This document shows positions 56,657 through 64,000 of a DNA stretch of 64,000 bases, piece by piece. The position numbers were made by a program, and so were the translations under genes. The DNA comes from Guillardia theta CCMP2712 (lineage: Eukaryota > Protista > Cryptophyta). Numbering within the stretch: the stretch's first letter is position 1; each line of letters starts with the position of its first letter. A model generated the notes under the pieces. The model did not search any database and was not told where the DNA came from. It saw only the letters and a list, made by a program, of their open reading frames with translations. The stretch spans positions 688,570 through 752,569 of the forward strand of contig NW_005434664.1 of NCBI RefSeq assembly GCF_000315625.1, read 5' to 3'.

Positions 56657-59285
56657 CTACTCCGGCTTCTTCAGGTACACGACAATGGCAGTGATGTTGT
56701 CGTCGCTGCCAGCCTGCCACATCATAATCAAGAGGGATCTTCCCAGTTCTCAGTCCACATCGTGGAGGATACCTCATACGCCTCTGAGATCAGTCGCTTG
56801 GGGCCGAAGTCGACATGCTTCACTGTCTGCGCTACCTGTTGCAGAACTACTCAGGGCTGGCTGAGGAAGCAGCAACGAGTCGGTTCCTTGTCCACGGCAT
56901 CTTCATTAGTGAGCCATCCCCAGATCCCGTCGGTTGCGAGCACCAGGAACTTGTCTTGACTCGAGAGCCGATATCTCCCCACCTGCTCTCCTCGTCAGCT
57001 GCTGCCTTGCTCGAAGGTGCCTGGGACCTCTGGGATGCACGAGACGCCCCTGCTCTTCCACCTGCGGGTGACAGTCATACTGGTGACGTCATCACGTGCT
57101 GGGGCGTGCCTGCGGTCGCCGATAGAGCGAGTGACTTCGATCCTCCCGTCCACTCGTTTCTGTTGCAACATGTCATCCTAGTCAAGTGGGCCTGCTGTCA
57201 CCTTCTTGTCCGCCGTCTCAACCACTGTCCCTCCTTCCGCCACAACTCTCTTCTCCTCCTCCTCGTTGGACGCGTTGTGGTCCCTCGAAAGCTGCAGCAC
57301 CTGTTCCCCACGAGCAAGCACGGCCCGACAATCTCCTGCATTTGCCACCAGCATGTCAAGACCTGCCGTCCCGTCCTTGTCTCCGGGCCCTTGCATGATG
57401 GCCACCACCATAGCTGTGCACCCTGAATCGTTGTCGGCAGCCTGCGCCCACGAGAGGAAAGAAGCCTCCACGCGCTGAAAGGCAGTCTTCATCGCTTCCT
57501 CCAGGTTCTTGGGGTTTTCCTTCATGGCTGCGACAACTTCGTAGGGGAAGGCCTGGTAAGCGTCAGCAGGCATCGGCATGCGCTAAGGGCCCCGACCTTC
57601 TTGCAGTAGGAAGCAGCTTCCGGTCCGCCATGGCCATCGAACACGCCGAACAGATGCAGGGCCCCGGCCTCGACCTCCATGGCGATGGACTGATGCACAA
57701 AGTGCGCGTCCTCCATCTTGTCATGACCTCTCCTGCCGCACGAAGAGCTTCCTCCTCCCCAGACAAAAGCCGAGGGCGGCAGTTGGGGGACAAGGTGGAC
57801 CGTCACGTTGGCATCGTAGTGGGGGATGTAGGGTGACTTCCCTTGTAGGACTTCAATCGCCGACGTCGACATGCTCGGCTCCTTCTCAACTTCCGTCCTG
57901 CACTCTGGCGGACGCAACTCTGCCATCCTCCGTATCCTCTCCGACATGTCGGTCGGGTCCAAGCCAGCAGCTCGGCCGAGCTCCTCCAACCTTTCCCTCA
58001 AGCTTGCAACCTCTGGGCGCTAGAAACGATCAGGACTGCACCCCAACCACCCCTCCCCCTCCCTTCCTCCTCTACCTCCTCCTCTTCCTCCTCCTCTCTC
58101 CCCTTCCTCAACAGACCTTGGAAGTGTTGTCTTGCCATCCGGCCGCCACGATCTCACAGAACTGGGAGACCCATGGTCCGTCCCCCTCCTCGGGCAACTT
58201 GGGCCTTAAGTGCTCGCTCACTATCGCAGCCGTGAGGGTGATCTCCGTATAGTTCGCCTCCAGCACAGTGTGCAGCTGCTCCGTCGTAGTCCGCACGTCA
58301 GAGTAAGGGATACATCCCGTTACAAGCTCGTTCATCGTGATAGTCATCGAGTACACGTCCGACGCCTTCTCGAACGGCCTCTTCCGAAGCAGCTCTGGCG
58401 CCATGTACACCAGGGTACCGACCATGTAGTCCTTGTGCCAGCCCCCGGACGGCCCTCTCCTCCTTTCCTCCTCCACCTTGGTGCTCATGTGGCAAGATCG
58501 GTCGAAGTCAATGAGCTGCACGTGACCCGTGTCCATCAGGATCGCATTGGCCGGCTTGACGTCCCTGTGGAAGAAGCTCATGGCGTCGTGAAGGTACTCC
58601 AGGGCCGAGCACATGTCGTGTGAGAACCCGATGGCGAGCGCAAACCCTAGGGGCCTGCTTCCTCCCGAGTGCAGCAGCTCAGCCAGGCTGCCATGGGAGG
58701 ACAGGGGGAGGAGCAGACCGTACTCGGGAGCGGTCTCGAGGATCCCCAAGGGCTTCACGATGTTGGGATGGGAGAAGGACGAGAGGCAGTCCCTCTCACG
58801 CTCAAACCTGTTGAAGGCAGCGTAGTTACTTATCTTGATTCTCTTCAGCGCAACGCTCTGCCTCCCCTGCAGCATGTCCACATGAGCGGAAATCAGGGGT
58901 CTACCATTTGTACCTTGGCCGGGATCTCAACGTAGCATCGGGTCACAGTGCACGCGTCGCTGTCATGCAGGAGATCATTGTGACCTCCTGCAGGCTGGAT
59001 CCACTCCTTCTGTATCGGCTGAATGTTTCCCTCCTTCATCGCCTGATTCATGGTGAGACAAATCGGCACTTGGCAGCTTTTCGTTTCTGGCTTCTTGTCC
59101 TCCTGCTCGCTAGTACCCTTGTTCTCATCACCCTACATCTCGGATTGCTTTCTAGCCTGCTATCGTGCTCTATCGTGCTCTATCGTGCTCTATCGTGCTC
59201 TATCGTGCTCTATCGTGCTCTATCGTACCATCGTGGATCTCCCCATGTTCTGTCCATCCCTCCACCCCTGCGGTTCTGCTGCCAT
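56657..59285 (-). CDS. Protein kinase - PP2C phosphatase fusion protein, multi-exon
   Basis: Kinase VALKR, HPNIV, FHRDVKPAN, GPSGGWHKDYMVGTLVYMAPE, SDVYS. PP2C KMEDAH, LFGVFDGHGG, SGCTA, ANAGDCRAVL, LSRDH, VTRSIGD, LATDGIWD, GSDDNITAIVV. Resembles the plant PK+PP2C family (At2g40860 type). Confidence 0.9.
59158..59226 (+). repeat. 10-bp tandem repeat (TATCGTGCTC)n in intron 1 of the kinase-PP2C gene
   Basis: About 6.5 perfect copies. Confidence 0.95.
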
Positions 59286-61079
59286 CGCAGTCTCGCATGT
59301 CAGCAGATTTCCTTACTTTCCGGGTGGAATGGAGGCCGAACGAAGTTTGAGACTTCGAAAGTTTGTCGGGAAAGTTTCAAAGTTTCTTCCGAAGTGAAGT
59401 TCGACAAAGTTTTTTAAATCTTCTTCATTTCTAGCATCTCTTTTACTACACAAATCTCAAGATCGCTAGCCGAAACAGTCAAAAGCTTACGCGGAGTGGG
59501 TGGGTGGATACAGGAATGGGTCGCCATTGACTTCTACCACACCATGGGGCCTACAGCTCTCATTTACTATGTACAGTCTCGATATGGATAGGCCATCATC
59601 GTTGCTCGTGAGTGCAATGTAAGTGTTGTTCATAGGCGTAAGTGGGGTGGGTGGTCCATTTGGCTGCCTTGATTTTCCGTGGGTTGAAGTGTACTGCAGT
59701 TTACGTGTACCACTTGACCTGTAAACATCTGGTAATGTTTATTTACAACCATTATACAGGTACCGATTTCTAAAATGTTGTTTTAAGAATTGTACAAAAG
59801 ATTATATTTATGACTTATTATAAAATTGACCTGTCCCCCCACGACGGTGGTGGGAGCGCATGAGAAGACAATGTTGGGTAGGGTGATTTTAGGGGTAAAA
59901 TCAGGGGTTCTGAGTGGGAGTCAAAACTCACTTTTCGAAAACAAGTCTTTTGAAAAACTATTATCTTGATATTATCCCAGTTTTTAGGTTGCAATCAGTT
60001 CTTCACAAATCTTCCTCTCAAATTCAAAAATCTCATACTCATTTCAAATATTTTCAAGGTTTAAAACAATTGGAGTGACACCGCTCAGATTCTTTCTGCT
60101 GAAGGGCGCTAGGTACCAGGAATTGTAAAGATAGTACAACGTGTTTTAGATTTATGTTCAGGCACCTATAAAATGTTAAATGTTTCTAATTTTGTAATCC
60201 CTTTCAACACTTTGGCGAGTCGCAAGAAGCCGTGACAAGTCCATCAATACATTTTTAAAACTCATATATAGCTTTTAAAATACATCAGTTAGCTGGGTGG
60301 TGGCATGGGACAGGTAAAAGGGGGGGTAGGGTATCACCTCGAGATTTAAGGACGAAAGAGACACAACCCTATGATAGGAGACTTCTGGGTTAAATCGGGT
60401 TAAGTTAAGAGGAATGTTCTTAAATTGGGAGGATTTGATCTAAATTATGGGGGAAAAGAGCTAAGCTTGGCAAGAAGAGGGCTAAAACAGCGCTGCATGA
60501 GCGAGCAGCCAGGCAGCGCTCATGCTCAGAGGAGAGTCCGGGTGGGAGGGGAGTTGGCGGCCAACGACACGGATGTGGAGGATGCGATGCAGAGTAGGGA
60601 GAAAGGAAGTCATCTGTGATAGTGTGAGGGTGTAGAAGTGAGAGGATTTTGACCGGCGGAGCTCGGCAGGAAGTTTTCAGGTGTGCGTGCAATTGCGGTG
60701 ATTCAGGGAGTCCAGGCACCAAGGAGGACGAGCGCAGGCTATCAAGATGTGGATATAAGAGAACGTTGAGCCAGGGAGAGATATAGAACTCGAGAAAGCG
60801 GGCATATGGAGAGCTCAAACAGCAGTAATGCTTTTGAACTCAATGCCTTTCATCTCTTGGTTTCCAACTCTTTGTGCTATTAGTTGATGCGTTACGAACA
60901 CAGCAATCATTTTGCTCGCTCTTACCGACTCTTCATCACTGCTCCTGTTTGTTCAAGTAGCTGATATATTCCTTTTTGTAGTGAATCTGCGCAAGGGCGT
61001 CTTTAAGTTTGCGACAAAGAGCACTTGGAGGGCTTCTTTTTGCAGCAGGACCTCTCATTGAAGACCGACTCTGCTGAGC

Positions 61080-63337
61080 ATGAAGAGCACGAGCAACACC
61101 GTGCTCACAGATGAAGAGGTGCTGCATTCTGGCTGGGGTTGAAAGCCAGAGGACGTGACAGGCGTGTGATGCAGATCATCACTGTGTACTCGCTGAGATC
61201 AAAGGCGACGTCCTCCGGCAGTCTGGTGAAGGAGCTCTGCTTCCTCCGACGCATTCTGACGCTTCCTCTCGTTCAGACTCACCAGGCTGCTGCTGGTCGT
61301 AGCGCGGTCGTTGCAGAGATGTTCAAAGTATCTCCGAACCTGGTGAGGCAGCTGCTGGAGACAAGCTGGCTGCGCTGATGCTCGTGCCAGGTTCGAGACC
61401 TCTGGGCGCGGAAGGTGTACAGGTGAGCGCTGGATGGGAGGAGGAGAGGAGGAGAGGAGGAGAGGAGGAGAGGAGGAGAGGAGGAGAGGAGACGTGCTGA
61501 CTCCCTGGCTTCAGAGAGGTCACCCTCCCTTACTGGACGGAAAGGGAGAAAGTGCTGAGCGCATGCGAGGAGGTAAAGCATGTGCCTCAGTTCGCTCCCG
61601 CCTCACCTCTTCCGCAGCTGAGGTCTGGGCAGACGACGAGCCTGCTGGCCCTGCCTCCCAATCTGAGTACGCCATCCCTTACATTACGAGGGCTGCGATG
61701 TGACTGTGTTGGCAGCGAAAGGGAAAGCGAAGAATGCTGACAAGCGAACGGCAACGGTGAATACGAGCATCGTCATTGAAAAACAAAAGTGAGGAGAAAA
61801 TGCTGCTCCTCATCCCCTCCCTCTCTCTTATATTCACTTTGTTCTTGAGCAGTAGCTTCAAGGATTCATCTCCTATCGAAAGGAAGGAAGCGGTCAGTCT
61901 CAACGATCAGGAAACGAACAAGAGGAGACTGGTAGCGGACAACGCACATGTACGCTCCTCCTCTTCCAGTGCGTTTGAGTCTCATCCCTGATCTTCAGGT
62001 CCCTGTGAATCTGATTGGAAATGGAGCAAGTCAAGTTCCTTTTGAAGCAAGGTGAAATTGAGTTTCCATCCTCAACGAGATGAACTTGAAATTCCATCCT
62101 CAACTTGGTTGTTGTGGTGGTCGTGCTGATGTCGATTGAAGCAGACCAAGGGGTTTGCGCGCCTCTCCGCAGGTAGAGTTTTTTCCAGCCCCCAGTCCGT
62201 TGGCATCAGGTTTGACTGCAAACCTGCGACATGCTCTGATCTGACCGCCCGTAGCAGACTCCTTCCTCCCCGTCAAGAGGGGGCACGACGATACTCATCG
62301 CGCGAAATTCCAGCCAAGGAGCTGCCCCGACGCGTCCTCCTACCTCCCTTCTGTTGAGATCAACGACTCACCGGAAGAGGAGGGTGTCCAGCACAACTCG
62401 TACTTTGAGGACCTCATTTTCTCCTCCAAGCCGCAGGAGGGATGCAGCAACTTGTCTAGTGCGTACGAGGAGTTATGCAGCGTGGAGATCAGCGCGGAGG
62501 AGATGGCAGGCAGCAGCAACGACGGGCGGGCAAACGTCGAACCTAACAACTCTCGCTTCGATGGGTTCTGGAGTGGCGGTGCCAACGAAGCCCACCACCA
62601 TCAAACCCACGAGGGCACGATTAAGGATGCGGCAGCAACGAGGCCGGCACAATCTGGCGGGAGCTACTACAACAAGGTCCCATATGCGCATCAGGATGGT
62701 TTCTTCGACTTTGACAGCAGCGTCGCTCGCTACGATCATGCAGAATGTTGTTCTCCCGCCCTCAGCGACAGGCAGCAGTTCGACATGTCAGAGTCAATGA
62801 TGAGGAACGAGCCATTGAAGCAGAACGGCTCTACTGCCATGCCTGGCAGCTTCTACTGCAGCCCCGCCCCTCCTTCGTGCAAGGCGGAGCAGAGTACGCA
62901 GTTCTTTGACCAACGTGCATGGACGGCCTACCCGCCAACGAATGCCCCCTCCATGTCGGGCTTGCAGGAGGAGCGAGGAGCTGCATGGGATCGCTCTGCC
63001 TCCTGCCCCTCTTACTCGGACAACGAGCTGTATGCGCAATCGTTGAACTCGTATGTCTCCTCTCCTCCCTGCTGCTTTCCTCTCTCTTTCCCTTGTTCCT
63101 TGCCCTCTCCTCTGCCTAACTGCTCCTCATCCCTCAATGCTGTAGAGCTACTTCCAAGTATCTAACTGGCAGCTGCAGATGGAGCAGTCTGGGGGAGTGC
63201 GACTCACTGAATCGGGTAAGAAGCAGGGGAAGGAGAGTGTTCCACTGAACCTTGTCTGCAGCGATTCGATACCGTTGCCGTTGAGCAGCTGCAGTCGTAC
63301 ATCTGAGTGGGAAGCTGATAATGGGAGGTGTGGATAG
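61080..63337 (+). CDS. Putative DNA-binding protein with N-terminal HTH-like domain and long low-complexity tail, many small exons
   Basis: MKSTSNTVLTDEE-IITVYSLRSK...-GRSAVVAEMFKVSPNL-VRDLWARKVY-REVTLPYW; large exon about 62255-63050; downstream exon boundaries approximate. Confidence 0.6.
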
Positions 63338-63650
63338 TGAGGAGGAGAGGCAGCAAGGTATTCTTTTGTAAAGATTTCAAGAACCCACTCCCACTCTCTC
63401 ACGCACGATACAATGGTGTTGTTCAATCAGTTCGTTTTGTTGGGGAAAATCACATCGAAAGCGTAAATGTACAGATCCACTCGTGTCCACGGCTGTTCCC
63501 TCAGTCGTCATACAGCAGAGGGCTGTCAAACGAATGTGAGCAGGGAAAGAGACAACAGTCGGAAGAAAAGAGCGAAGATAACGCTAAAGAGCACAGAGGA
63601 GGGGATAGAAATTGACAGCAGAAGCGATCAGGAGGAGGGGAGCGGGTTTT

Positions 63651-64000
63651 ACCGAGGGTATGCCAGCACTCGTCGCACAGGCATCGGCATGCTCTTGCGG
63701 ATCAGGGTGGTGAAACCTCCGGCGGACCCTGAGATCAAGTCGACGAAGAGGAACTGCCAGGGAGCAAGGCAGATCAGCAAAGGCACACAAAGAACATGAG
63801 AAGACACTGCAGGCCCTCCCCCCCCCCCTTACTCCTCTTCCTCCTCCTCCGCCCTTACACTCCCATTGTCCTCGTCCTCTCATAGCTAGGACTCACAGAG
63901 AAGCTGAGCCACGAGGCCGCCTGCGCCAGCATGTCGAAGTTCTTGTCGTCCACGCAGACGGCAGCCGCCATAAGGAGCATGGGCGCCGTGATCAAGGCTA
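63651..64000 (-). CDS. Internal/3' exons of a hydrophobic hypothetical protein continuing beyond the window
   Basis: LITAPMLLMAAAVCVDDKNFDMLAQAASWLSFS and FLFVDLISGSAGGFTTLIRKSMPMPVRRVLAYP flanked by GT/AG. Confidence 0.4.

Overview
Eukaryotic nuclear DNA from a draft assembly with five N-gaps. It is intron-rich, with short spliceosomal introns often filled with microsatellites, GC-rich coding sequence and a bipartite signal+transit plastid leader. The style best fits a cryptophyte alga such as Guillardia theta; this is an inference, not a database result. Most ORF-track entries are microsatellite or antisense artefacts, so gene models were rebuilt by hand-splicing exons. About 20 genes are supported: PPR protein (3' part), AP-4 sigma, a hypothetical membrane protein, a four-domain voltage-gated Ca2+ channel (EEDD filter, EF-hand pair in the II-III linker), Skp1, plastid-targeted GrxB, a GT11-like glycosyltransferase, a 2H cyclic phosphodiesterase, an LRR protein, a MORN/U-box/kinase, a large coiled-coil/GAF/SH3 protein, a membrane-anchored alpha-carbonic anhydrase with His-His-Gln ligands, an apyrase, a 64-aa micro-exon-initiated protein, HINT3, TFIIS, an OPR/FASTK-like repeat protein, a kinase-PP2C fusion and an HTH-like protein. 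Mobile DNA: a Mutator-like element (about 198-bp TIRs, 9-bp TSD) and a second element with 26-bp TIRs. The most unusual non-coding feature is the layout: tightly convergent gene pairs alternate with long divergent spacers. These spacers carry CCG/CGG mosaic cores, shared short motifs and mirror-image C-rich/G-rich arms. No rRNA, tRNA or CRISPR array was recognised.
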